Of a stretch of DNA of 64,000 nucleotides, positions 24,436 to 36,914 are shown piece after piece. Positions within the stretch are counted from its first letter, which is position 1; the number at the start of each line of letters is the position of its first letter. The DNA is taken from assembly GCF_963921235.1 (NCBI RefSeq), contig NC_086097.1, forward strand, positions 184,514,001 to 184,578,000, given 5' to 3'. The DNA is from Mobula hypostoma (lineage: Eukaryota). Below the pieces are notes generated by a model, which worked only from the letters and a program-made list of their open reading frames with translations, searched no databases and was not told the origin of the DNA. Made by a program: the position numbers and the translations under genes.

Positions 24436-27400
24436 GGGGACCAATATCCTGGCAGGGAGATTGGCGAGGGCTTCTGAGGTGACTTTAAACTAGAATGGTT
24501 GGGGGGTGGGAATCAAATTAAAGAGGCTAGGCGAGAGGAGGTTAGTTCACGACTGGGGGATGGGAACCAGTGCAGAGAGACAGAGGGGTGTAAAGTGAGG
24601 GTAGAAGCAAAAAGTAGTAAGGAGAAAAGTAAAAGTGGCAGGCCGACAAATCCAGGGCAAGCATCAAAAAGGGCCACTTTTCAACATAATTGTATAAGGG
24701 CTAAGAGAGTTGTAAAAGAGCGCCTGAAGGCTTTGTGTGTCAATGCCAGGAGCATTCGTAACAAGGTGGATGAATTGAAAGTGCAGATTGTTATTAAAGA
24801 TTATGATATAGTTGGGATCACAGAGACATGGCTCCAGGGTGACCAAGGATGGGAGCTCAACATTCAGGGATATTCAATATTCAGGAGGGATAGACATGAA
24901 AGAAAAGGAGGTGGGGTGGCGTTGCTGGTTAAAGAGGAGATTAACGCAATAGAAAGGAAGGACATAAGCTGGGAAGATGTGGAATCGATATGGGTAGAGC
25001 TGCATAACACTAAGGGGCAGAAAACGCTGGTGGGAGTTGTGTACAGGCCACCTAACAGTAGTAGTGAGGTCGGGGATGGTATTAAACAGGAAATTAGAAA
25101 TGTGTGCAATAAAGGAACAGCAGTTATAATGGATGACTTCAATCTACATGTAGGTTGGGTGAACCAAATTGGTAAAGGTGCTGAGGAAGAGGATTTCTTG
25201 GAATGTATACGGGATGGTTTTTTGAACCAACATGTCGAGGAACCAACTAGAGAGCAGGCTATTCTGGACTGGGTTTTGAGCAATGAGGAAGGGTTAATTA
25301 GCAATCTTGTCGTGAGAGGCCCCTTGGGTAAGAGTGACCATAATATGGTGGAATTCTTCATTAAGATGGAGAGTAACATAGTTAATTCAGAAACAAAGGT
25401 TCTGAACTTAGAGGCGTAACTTTGAAGGTATGAGACGTGAATTAGCTAAGATAGACTGGCAAATGACACTTAAAGGATTGACGGTGGATATGCAATGGCA
25501 AGCATTTAAAGATTGCATGGATGAACTACAACAATTGTTCATCCCAGTTTGGCAAAAGAATAAATCAAGGAAGGTAGTGCACCCATGGCTGACAAGAGAA
25601 ATTAGGGATAGTATCAATTTCGAAGAAGAAGCATACAAATTAGCCAGAAAAAGTGGCTCACCTGAGGACTGGGAGAAATTCAGAGTTCAGCAGAGGAGGA
25701 CAAAGGGCTTCATTAGGAAGGGGAGAAAAGATTATGAGAGAAAACTGGCAGGGAACATAAAAACTGACTGTAAAAGCTTTTATAGATATGTAAAAAGGAA
25801 AAGACTGGTAAAGACAAATGTAGGTCCCCTGCAGACAAACAGGTGAATTGATTATGGGGAGCAAGGACATGGCAGACCAATTGAATAATTACTTTGGTTC
25901 AGTCTTCACTAAGGAGGACATAAATAATCTTCCAGAAATAGTAGGGGACAGAGGGTCCAGTGAGATGGAGGAACTGAGCAAAATACATGTTAGTAGGGAA
26001 GTGGTGTTAGGTAAATTGGAGGGATTAAAGGCAGATAAATCCCTAGGGCCAGATGGTCTGCATCCCAGAGTGCTTAAGGAAGTAGCCCAAGAAATAGTGG
26101 ATGCATTAGTGATAATTTTTCAAAACTCTTTAGATTCTGGACTACTTCCTGAGGATTGGAGGGTGGCTAACGTAACCCCACTTTTTTAAAAAAGGAGGGA
26201 GAGAGAAACCGGGGAATTATAGACCGGTTAGCCTAACGTCGGTGGTGGGGAAACTGCTGGAGTCAGTTATCAAAGATGTGATAACAGCACATTTGGAAAG
26301 CGGTGAAATGATCAGACAAAGTCAGCATGGATTTGTGAAAGGAAAATCATGTCTGACGAATCTCATAGAATTTTTTGAGGATGTAACTAGTAGAGTGGAT
26401 AGGGGAGAACCAGTGGATGTGGTATATTTGGATTTTCAAAAGGCTTTTGACAAGGTCCCACACAGGAGATTAGTGTGCAAACTTAAAGCACACGGTATTG
26501 GGGGTAAGGTATTGATGTGGATAGAAAATTGGTTAGCAAACAGGAAGCAACGAGTGGGAATAAACGGGATCTTTTCAGAATGGCAGGCAGTGACTAGTGG
26601 GGTACCGCAAGTCTCAGTGCTGGGACCCCAGTTGTTTACAATATATATTAATGACTTGGATGAGGGAATTAAATGCAGCATCTCCAAGTTTGCGGATGAC
26701 ATGAAGCTGGGCGGCAGTGTTAGCTGTGAGGAGGATGCTAAGAGGGTGCAGGGTGACTTGGATAGGTTAGGTGAGTGGGCAAATTCATGGCAGATGCAAT
26801 TTAATGTGGATAAATGTGAAGTTATCCACTTTAGTGGCAAAAATAGGAAAACAGATTATTATCTGAATGGTGGCCGATTAGGAAAAGGGGAGGTGTAATG
26901 CGACCTGGGTGTCATTATACACCAGTCATTGAAAGTGGGCATGCAGGTACAGCAGGCAGTGAAAAAGGCGAATGGTATGCTGGCATTTATAGCAAGAGGA
27001 TTCGAGTACAGGAGCAGGGAGGTACTACTGCAGTTGTACAAGGCCTTGGTGAGACCACACCTGGAGTATTGTGTGCAGTTTTGGTCCCCTAATCTGAGGA
27101 AAGACATCCTTGCCATAGAGGGAGTACAAGGAAGGTTCACCAGATTGATTCCTGGGATGGCAGGACTTTCATATGAAGAAAGACTGAATGAACTAGGCTT
27201 GTACTCGTTGGAATTTAGAAGATTGAGGGGGGATCTGATTGAAACATATAAAATCCTAAAGGGATTGGACAGGCTAGATGCAGGAAGATTGTTCCGGATG
27301 TCGGGGAAGTCCAGAACGAGGGGTCACAGTTTGAGGATAAAGGCAAAGCCTTTTAGGACTGAGATTAGGAAAAACTTCTTCACACAGAGAGTGGTGAATC

Positions 27401-27617
27401 TGTGGAATTCTCTGCCACAGGAAACAGTTGAGGCCAGTTCATTGGCTATATTGAAGAGGGAGTTAGATATGGCCCTTGTGGCTAGGGGGATCAGAGAGTA
27501 TTGGGGGAAGGCTGGTGCAGGGATCTGAGTTGGATGATAAGCCATGATCATAATAAATGGTGGTGCAGGCTCGAAGGGCCGAATGGCCTACTCCTGCACC
27601 TATTTTCTATGTTTTCT
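24436..27617 (+). mobile_element. Young CR1 LINE (end of ORF1 plus whole ORF2, frameshifted); same family as 19543-24001
   Basis: ORFs 24499-25419, 25430-25846, 25848-26189, 26242-26898, 26929-27528. TSD ATTG at 24432-35 and 27618-21; tail TTTTCTATGTTTTCT. Confidence 0.95.
24484..24493 (+). promoter_or_regulatory. Candidate -1 frameshift slippery heptamer T_TTA_AAC plus ORF1 stop
   Basis: ORF1 frame ACT TTA AAC TAG; -1 frame TTT AAA CTA GAA TGG.. stays open into the APE domain to 25419. Same motif at 28312-18 (-) and 36158-64 (+). Confidence 0.55.
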
Positions 27618-29420
27618 ATTGCACGACACCTAATCCAGAATAGCTGATCCTCGAGTGGGCCCAACTATGAGCTGCTCTAATATGCCATCTCGTAGGCACT
27701 CTACAAATTTCCCCTCCTGTAATCCAGCACCAACCTGATTTTCTCAATCTACCTGCATACTGAAGTCCCCCATGACTATTGTATCTTTTAGCATGCATTC
27801 TCTGTCTCCCATTTTAAGTTGCAGGCAACATCTTTACTACTGTTTGGGGGTCTGTAAACAACTCCCATCAGGGTCTTTTTACCTTTACAGTTCCTTAGCT
27901 CAATTCACAATGATTTAACATCTTCTGACCCTATGTCATCCCTTTCTAATGATTTGATTTCATTTCTTACCAACAGAGCAACACATCACCTCTGCCTTCC
28001 TACTTATTCTTTCAATACAATGTGTATCTTTGGACATTGAGCTCCCAGTTATAATCTTTCAGCCATGATTCAGCGATGCCGACAACATCATATCTGTCAT
28101 TTTGCAACTGTGCTGCAAGTTCACCCACTTTATTCCATACACTGCTCACATTCAGATACAACACCTCAGTTCTGTATCACCCTTTTCGATTTTGTTGCAC
28201 CATGCTCTGCCTTTTGATTTCTAGCTTTGTCTGAGGTCTTACCAACATTTGTCTCCACAACCTCTCCACTACCTGTTCTGGCATTCTGGTTCCCATCCCC
28301 CTGCAACTCTAGTTTAAACCTTCCTGCTAGGATATTAGTCCCCTTCCAGTTTACGTGCAAATCGTCCCTTCTGTGCAGGTTCCATGTTCCCTGGAAGAGG
28401 CCCCCATGAACCAAAAGTCTTATCTTACCTCCTAAACCAACTCCTTCGCTCTGTATTAAACTCTATAATCTTCCTAGTCGTAGCCTAGCTAGCATGTGGT
28501 AAGGGTAGCATTCCTGAGATCACAACCCTGGAGGTCCTGCCCTTTAACTTAGCACCTAACTCTCTGAACTCCCTATGCAGAACCTAGTCCCTCATCCTAT
28601 CCATGTCATTGGTACCTACATGGAGCACAACTCCTGGATGATCATCCTTCCAATTAAGAATGCCGAGGACCTGATCTGAGATACCACAGACCATTGTATC
28701 CTGGAGGCAACATAGAATCTTGTTTTCGCCCACAGAACCTCCTGTCCATTTCCCTAACTAAGAAATCTATCACCACAACTTGCCTCTTCTTCCCCTTTCT
28801 CTTCTGAGTCACAAGCCAGACTCAGTGCCAGAAACCCGACCACTGTGACTTTCCTCTGTTAGGTCACACCCCCGACAGTATCCAAAGTGATATACCTGTT
28901 GATGAGGGGGATGGCCACAGGGGTACTCTGTACTGGCTCGTTATCCCCTTTTCCTTTCCTGATTGTCACCTAGTTTCCTGTGTCCTGCACCTTGGGTGTA
29001 ACTACCTTTCTATATGACCTATTTATCACCTCTTCTGCCTCCCGAATGATCTGGAGTTCATCTAATTCCAGCTCCAACTTCTTTATGCCTTTTGTTAGAA
29101 GCTTGAGGTTTTCTTTCCTGTGTGTTCTCTGAGCGAAGCTTCTCTTTGCTGAAGAATCGAAGAGCTGAAGCCTTAAGATCACCACTCTGTCTATTCAGAT
29201 GATTACTGCTGCAGCAATGGTCGCTGTGCTCGCCCCCACATTAGTGTAATTTGCTCTTACTAATCAATCCCAAATGCCAATTAGCCATTGGTCAAAGCTG
29301 TATAATGCTGCCACAAACCGCTCCTGCCTTTTATCCTCAGACAGTGGACCACAGCTTGCTTTCCAAACTTCCGATGTCCTGATTGGCCGCTGGTCAAAGC
29401 TCTATACTACCTTGAGATTC
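27618..29420 (-). mobile_element. Old CR1 (nest host), piece 4: endonuclease N-half, ORF1 remnants, 5' UTR
   Basis: Resumes exactly after the ATTG TSD. ORF1 remnants DDLHVNWKGTNILAGR and KLELELDELQIIRE. Short repeated CCAAT-containing motif near 29277 and 29378. Confidence 0.85.
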
Positions 29421-30075
29421 TTTTTTTTGCTGGCATTTACAGTAAATATAAAGAAACATAATAGAATCAATGAAAAAATTTACACAACAATAATGGACTA
29501 ATGGCTAATGTGCAAAAGATGACAAACTGTGCAAATAGAAGAATTTAAAAAAAACAAAATAATAATAATAATCAATAAACATCAAGAATAGATGTTGAAG
29601 AGTCCTTGAAAGTAAGTCCATAGGTTGTGGGAGTAGTTCAGTGATGGGGTGCCTGAAGTTGGGTTAATCCCTCTGTTTCAAGAGCCTGATAGTTGAGGGG
29701 TAATAGCTGTTCCTGAAACTGATGGTGTAGATCCTGATGCTCTTTCATGATAGCAGCACTGAGAAGAGAGCAGGACTGGATGATGGGGGTCCTTCATAGT
29801 GGATCCTGCTTTCCTTCAACAGTACACCTTGTAGATGAGCTCGTGGTGGTGGACAGGGCTTTACCCATAATGGACTTGGGCCGTATATATTACTTCCTGT
29901 AAGCTTTGCCATTCAAGAGCATTAGTGTTTCAGTATGAAGCTGTGATGCAACTAGTCAGTATAATTCCCATCATGCATCTATAGAAATTTGTCAAAGTTT
30001 TAGATAATATGCCAAATTTTTGCAAACTTCTAAAAGTTGAGGCACTGCCATGCCTTCTTTGTAATAATGTTACCA
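29412..30075 (-). mobile_element. Rex1-type LINE 3' fragment
   Basis: KFGILSKTLTNFYRC..ILTSCIT motif; 3' UTR shared with the copies at 36915, 48780 and 50941. Confidence 0.8.
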
Positions 30076-31620
30076 ATCCAAACTGACTGGGATCTTCAAG
30101 TGACGAAATCAATAACAATCAACAATATTCTTGCATTCTTGGATTGGAAGGACAAATGGAAAGTGGCAGTGTGTGTCTAATAGTCTAATTTTAATCACAG
30201 TACTTCTTTACAAGGATCTTTTATGAATCCACTTGATTTAGCTGAATGATTTATAAATGTACTCTGAACTTTGAAGGTTGAGAAGCCCTAATGAACACAT
30301 CTGTTTATGATGCCTCATTAAATAGATGATCAGGAGAATCACTAAGGAAATAAATGGCTCTGATAACATATCCAAGGGGAGCCTTTATTCTTTTGCCAAT
30401 ATTCTCCTCTTCTAGCACCAAACACCAGTTTTACCCTTCCTTTCCTGTCCAACTGCTTCTTCACCAGGAACACTGATGGTCACAGGACGGACTGGCATCT
30501 GTTGAGACACGTTGTACACACAGCAGTGAATGAAGACAGCAAAGTCAACGAAAGTTGCAGGGTAACACATATGGAGCTATAAAAATCCGAGGAACATCTC
30601 AAAGACCTCAGCAGCAGTTCCACCTGCTATTCCATAGGAACATGTGAAATAAAACTCAATTGCAATCATGGGGATCATAAGCAGACATCAAAGAAGAAAG
30701 AGTACCTTGGAGATTGAACCCACTTGGAGAGAAGCAGGTAAAACTGACAAATAGCAAAAGTTGTTCAATGATCGTACAAGCTCCTTCGATAAAAGGCATT
30801 TTTTCATCAAACGTTTTCCTCGAAGTCAACTCCAAATTTTAAGTTTGGAGAATCAGATTCCTGTGATTCATGCATACTCTGCTTTTGTAGATAAAGCAGC
30901 TGCTGCTTTGAGGAGGCAGCTAATGTGAAAGGTTACATACCTGATTTGTGTGGAGTTTGGACATTTTCCAAACTCCACACCAAATGCACACATGTTCCCT
31001 GTGGTTTCCTCCAGTTACTCCTGTTTACTCCTACAAGGCATTTGATAGATATGTTTAAAGTAACAAAATAAACAAAACACCATCTGAAAATTTAAAAAAG
31101 ACATACTGTAGATGCTGGAAGTCTGAAATAAAAACAGGAAATGCTCAACCTGTAGAGTAGCATCAATGGAAAGTGCCATAATTAACATTGTAGCTTGAAT
31201 GCCCTGTCGGAGCTGTAATGTTAGTGATTCCATGAATTTCCCATTGCTCCTTATGGGTGTTTTGCTTCAGTGAATTCCATGCCATGTTTCTGCTATTGCA
31301 ACGCTTAAAGTCCTTTATCGGCTCTAAAGTGACTTGTATCATGAAGTAACAACAGCATGAAATAAATGTGAGTCTACAAGTGAGTTTGTATTAGTGTAAT
31401 CAGAACCTTGATGGTCAGTGAAATTCAATTTAAAAGGACATAAGTAATGTCTGATATCAATACTCACTACTACAATGACCACCCACTTAGGAAATTTAAA
31501 CTTTAATGAGTATATCCTCTGTGTACATCTGATTACACCTCTGTCTAACCTAGATGTAGACAATTTAGAGACATGCCATAAAGCACATTATATGCACTAG
31601 AAGGTGTTTCTGAATTTAGA

Positions 31621-34600
31621 CCATAAGACATGAGAGCAGAATTAGGCCGTCTGGCCCATCGAATCTGTTCCACCATTCAATCATGGATGATTCTTTTTCT
31701 TCTCCTCCTCAATCCCAGTTCCCGGTCTTCTTCCCGTAACCTTTGATGCCATGTTTAATCAAGAACCTATCAATCTCTGCCTTAAATATACCCAATGACC
31801 CGGCCTCCACAACTGCTCATGACAACAAATTCCACAGATTCACCACCCTCTAGCTAAAGAAATTTCTCCGCATCTGTTTCGAAAGTGCACCCCTCTATCC
31901 TGATGGTGTGCCCTCTTGTCCTAGACTCCCCCACCATGGGAAACATCCTTTCCACATCTACTCTCTCTAGGAGCTTCAACATTCGAAAGGTTTCAATGAG
32001 ATCCCCCACCCACCCCCCATCCTTCTAAATTCCAGCGAGTACAGACCAAGAGCCGTCAAATGTTCCTCATATGATATAACCATATAACAACTACAGCACA
32101 GAAACAGGCCATCTCAGCCCTTCTAGTCCATGCCGAATGCTTACTCTGATGTAGTCCCACCGACCTGCACTCAGCCCATAACCCTCCATTCCTTTCCTGT
32201 CCATATAGCTATCCAATTTAACTTTAAATGACAACATCAAACCTGCCTTAACCACTTCTGCTGGAAGCTCATTCCACACAGCTACCACTCTGAGTAAAGA
32301 AGTTCCCCCTCATGTTACCTCTAAACTTTTGCCCTTTAACTCTCAACTCAAGTCCTCTTGTCTGAATCTCCCCCACTCTCAATGGAAAAAGCCTATATAC
32401 ATCAACTCTATCCATCCCCCTCATAATTTTAAATACCTCTATCAAGTCCCCTCTCAACCTTCTGTGCTCCAAAGAATAAAGACCCAACTTGTTCAACCAA
32501 TGATAACCCTTTCATTCCTGGAATCATCCCTGTGAACTTCCTCTGTACCCTCTCCAATTCCAGCACATCTTTTCTAAGATGAGGTAAGATGAGGGGCCCA
32601 GAACTGTTCACAATACTCAAGGTCAGGCCTCACCAGTGTCTTATAAAGCCTTAGCATCACATCCTTCTCTTGCATTCTGGACCTCTTGAAATGAATGCTA
32701 ACATGGCATTTGCCTTCCTCACCACCAACTCAACCTGCAAATTAACCTTTAGGGTGTTCTGCACAAGGACTCCCAAGTCCCTTTGCAGCTCAGATTTTTG
32801 GATTTTCTCCTATTTAGAAAATAGTCTGCACATTTCGTTCTACGACCCATGCATTTTCCAACATTGTATTTCATTTGCCACTTTCTTGCCCATTCTTCTA
32901 ATCCGTCTAGGTCCTTCTGCATCCTACCTATTTCCTCAACACTACCTGTCCCTCCACTAATCTTCATATCATCTGCAAATTTGGCAACAACGCCATCTAT
33001 TCCATCATCTAAATCATTTATATACAGCATAAAAAGAAGTGGTCCCAACACCGACCCCTGTGGAACACCACTAGTCACAGGAAGCCAACCAGAAAAGGAT
33101 CCTTTTATTCCCACTCACTGCCTGCTACCAATCAGCCAATACCCTAAAAATATTAGTAACCTTCCCATAGTATCATGGGCTTTTAACTTGGTAAGCAGCC
33201 TCATGTGTGACATCTTGTCAAAGGCCTTCTGAAAGTCCAAATATACAACATCCACAGCATCCTCTTTATCTATCCTACTTGTAATATACTCAAAGAATTC
33301 CAACAAGTTCATCAGGCAGGATTTTCCCTGAAAGAAACGATGCTGACTTGTACTATTTTGTCTTATGTCACCAAGTACTCCATCACCTTACCCTTAACAA
33401 TTGACTCTAACATCTTCCCAACCACTGAGATCAGGCTAACTGATCTACAATTTCCTTTCTGCTGCCTTCCTGCTTTTTTAAAGAGTGGCGTGACATTTGC
33501 TATTTTCCAGTCCTCTGGCACCATGTCAGAGTCCAATGATTTTTGAAAGATCATTCCTAAGGCCACCACAATCTCTAATGTTACCTCTATCAGAACCCTA
33601 GGGTGCAGTTCATCTGGTCTGGGTGAATTATGTACCTTTAGGTATTTCAGCTTTTTGAGCACCTTCGCTCTTGTAATAGTAACTGCATCCAATTCTCTTC
33701 CATCACACTACAACATCAGGCACACTTAGTGTCTTTCATAGTGAATACTGATACAAAATACTCATTTAGTTTATCAGCCATCTACTTGTCCCCTATTATT
33801 ATTTCTCCTGCCTCATTTTCTAACAATCTTATATGCATTCTCATTTCTCTTTTATTTTTTACATACTTGTAAAAGCTTTTACTATCCATTTTGATACTGT
33901 TTGCTAGCTTGCTTTCATATTTCATCTTTTCCTTTCTAATTATTTTTAGTTGCTTTCTGTTTTTAAAAGCTTCCCAGTCCTTCTATCTTCCTGCTAAATT
34001 TTGCTTTGTTGCATGCCCTCTTTTGTTTTTACATTTGCTTTGACTTCTCTTGTCAGCCACGTTGTACTATTTTACCATTTGAGTACTTCATCATTTTTGG
34101 AATATATCTGTCTTGCACTTTCCTTATTTTTCCCAGACACTCAAGCCATTGTTGCTCTGCTGACATCCACGCCAGCAGCTCCTTCCATTTCACTTTGGCC
34201 AACTCCTCTCTCATACCACTGTAATTTCCCTTACTCCATTGAAATACTGCTACATCAGACTTTACTTTCTCCCTATCTAATTACAAGTTGAACTCAATCA
34301 TATTGTGATCACTGGTTCCTAAGAGTTCTTTTACCATAAATTCCTTAGTCGCCTCCAGTTCATTACATAACACCCAATCCAGTATAGCTGATCTCCTAGT
34401 AGGCTCAATGACAAACTGCTCTAAAAAGCCATCTCTTAGGCATTCAACAAACTCACTCTCTTGAGATACAATACCAACCTAATTTTCCCAATCAACCTGC
34501 ATGTTATAGTCTCCCTTGACTACCACAACATTGCCTTTTTGATACGCCTTTTCTATTTCCTGTTATGATCTGTGGTACCTCCCAGCCACTGTTGGGAGGC

Positions 34601-34890
34601 CTGTATATACAGCCATCAAAGTCCCTTCACCTTTGCAGTTTGTTAACTCAACCCACAAGGATTCAACATCTTCCGATCCTATGTCATATCTTTCTACAGA
34701 TTTGATGTCGTTCTTTACCACCCCTCCGCCTACCTTCCTATCCCTCCAATATAATGTGTAACCTTGGACATTCAGCTCCCAACTACAACCATCCTTCAGC
34801 CACAATTCAATGATGGCTACAACATCGTACCTGACAATCTATAATAGTGTAGCAAGATCATCCACCTTATTTCTTATACCACGCACATTA
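31621..34890 (-). mobile_element. CR1 LINE, almost all of ORF2, degenerate
   Basis: ORFs 32749-33114 (GVPQGSVLGP, FADD), 33115-33312, 33363-33692, 34563-34805; 3' tail at 31621. Confidence 0.9.
32077..32499 (-). mobile_element. Short CR1 3' end of another family, nested in the CR1 above
   Basis: TSD ATGATA at 32071-76 and 32500-05; ATATGGTT-type tail; RRLRGDLIEVFKIM motif. Confidence 0.88.
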
Positions 34891-35856
34891 AATTTAGGCT
34901 TCTTGAGAAGAAATATGTTTATCATGAACTCGGATGTGTAATTTAAATGTACATTCAAGTAAAGCTAAGCATTTTTTAAAATCAAGTGAAATACATCTTA
35001 ATTGAACACTTTGTTTTTCCTTTATCTGTCACAGATATAATATCAGATGTGGGGCTACCTTATGTCAAAACTATCGGTGAATACGTGATATATGCCATAT
35101 CACACAATAGAAGGGTAAAACCATTAGCATGATTCATCTGGATATGTATATAAAACAATAACTCATGCTTTAAAAGGTTTTCCAGTTGTACAATGATAAA
35201 CTTCAGTATTTTGGTCCACAAACTTGAACTTTTTGTATCAAGGCAACTTTGTTAAAGAATGTATCAGATTTAAGTGTTATGAAAATAGCATTAAATGGAA
35301 CTTATGGGACTTCTCTGGAATTGGAGAACTCAGAATAAAAATGACAGAAATAGAAAACAGATTTTTCTAAGTACTTTGTTATTTCCTCCTGATTGGCAAA
35401 TAAATAATTGCAAAATCCTAACACAAGCATGTCGTCAAAGAAGAGGGAGTGGGTTACCTAGTGAACTCATGTTTCCAGGAAGAAGGGCAGCGGCTACCAG
35501 TTAAAAATAGGAAGGACTGATTTATTCGATTTGTAGTCACAAAATGTCTTGGGCTTATTGATGGAGACTGCACTGGAATCGTACTTCACCACACCACAAA
35601 AAGTGGTTTACAACACCACAAAAGGCATACTTGCAATGTGAAATACTAGCTCATGTGCCAATGGTGGAACAGAATGTTTACAGTAATAAAACAAGGAACG
35701 TGGCAATGAGTTCCTAGACTATTATGTTACTTAGTATTCTCTGTGGTGACGTTTTCATCCCGTCACTATCGCTTCCATTGACACCCAAGATATTGGTATA
35801 TCATCTTCACTAATAATTAATGTTCTAAAATAAGCAGCCAGAAGTCATGGTAAATA

Positions 35857-36890
35857 TCAGTACCAATGACAAAGGTAAGAAAAAGGAGGAGGTTCTGAAG
35901 AGAATATAGGGAGAAGATGAAAAAGCAGTACCTCCAGGGTAGTAATCTCTGGATTGCTGCCTGTGACATGTGCCAGTGAGGGTAAGAATCGGCTGATTTG
36001 GCAAACTAATGCTTGGCTGAGGATTTGTGCAAGGGGCATAGTTTCAGATTTCTGGATCATTGTGATCTCTTCTGGGGAAGTTTTGGCCTGTACTAAATAG
36101 ACAGGTTACACCTGACCTTGAGGGTGACCCATATATCCGCAGGTTTGTTGGAGGGAGTTTAAACTAATTTTGCAGAGGGATGGGAACCACAGTGATAGGG
36201 CTAAGGATGGGGCAGTTGGTATACAAGTAGGTGCAGTTTGTAGTGAGACTGAGGAAGGTCAGGCAGATGATGGAACAAAATTACAGTCAGGATAAACTGA
36301 AGTGTAACATGAGAGCAATATTGGGAAACAAAGGATGAATACAGGACTGGAAGTGAAGGGATAAGATAGATTATCTTGTAGTGCAGTTAGCGAGTGGCAG
36401 GAATGGGCCATGGCGAAAAGAAAATCTTAGCTGGGAGCTCAATATCCAGGGATACACATAGTATTGAAAAGATGGGCTGGTGAACAGATGGGGTGGGGTG
36501 GCTCTGTTGGTAAAAAAATGTAATCAAATCCTTAGGAAGAGGTGACACGGGATTGGAAGATGCAGAATCCTTGTGGGTAGAGTTAAGAATCTGCAAGGAT
36601 AAAAAGATCCTGATGGGAGTTAAATAGAAACCTCTAAACAATAGCCAAGATATGGCGTACAAATTACAATGGGAGACGGAAGAGTCACGACAAATGGGCA
36701 ATGTTACAAAAATTTCAAACTTCAGGTAAATTGGGGAAATTAGGTTGGTGCTGGATCCCAACAGAGGGAATTTGTAGGATGCCTACTAGATGACTTTTTG
36801 GAGAAGCTTGTGGTTGAGTCCTCCTGGCAAAAGTGTATTCTGGATTAAATGTTGTGTAATAAACCACATTAGGGAGCTTAAAGTGAAAGT
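35857..36890 (+). mobile_element. Degenerate CR1: ORF1 esterase end, ORF1/ORF2 junction and endonuclease
   Basis: GTACCAATGAC (GTND), TTTCAGATTTCTGGATCATTG, TTTAAACTAA junction, GAGCTCAATATCCAGGGATAC (ELNIQGY). Confidence 0.8.
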
Positions 36891-36914
36891 TGATTGGTTC
36901 CTGATTAAAGTACA

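Noticed and set aside
20025..27551. Long ORFs antisense to the CR1 copies (e.g. 20325-20729, 22795-23353, 24864-25379, 26436-26840)
   Set aside because: Antisense shadows of CR1 coding frames with no independent domain signal.
28166..28414. ORF reading directly from ORF1 into the ORF2 linker in the old CR1
   Set aside because: Best explained by a small deletion just before the heptamer in a decayed copy, so not independent evidence of a natural fusion.
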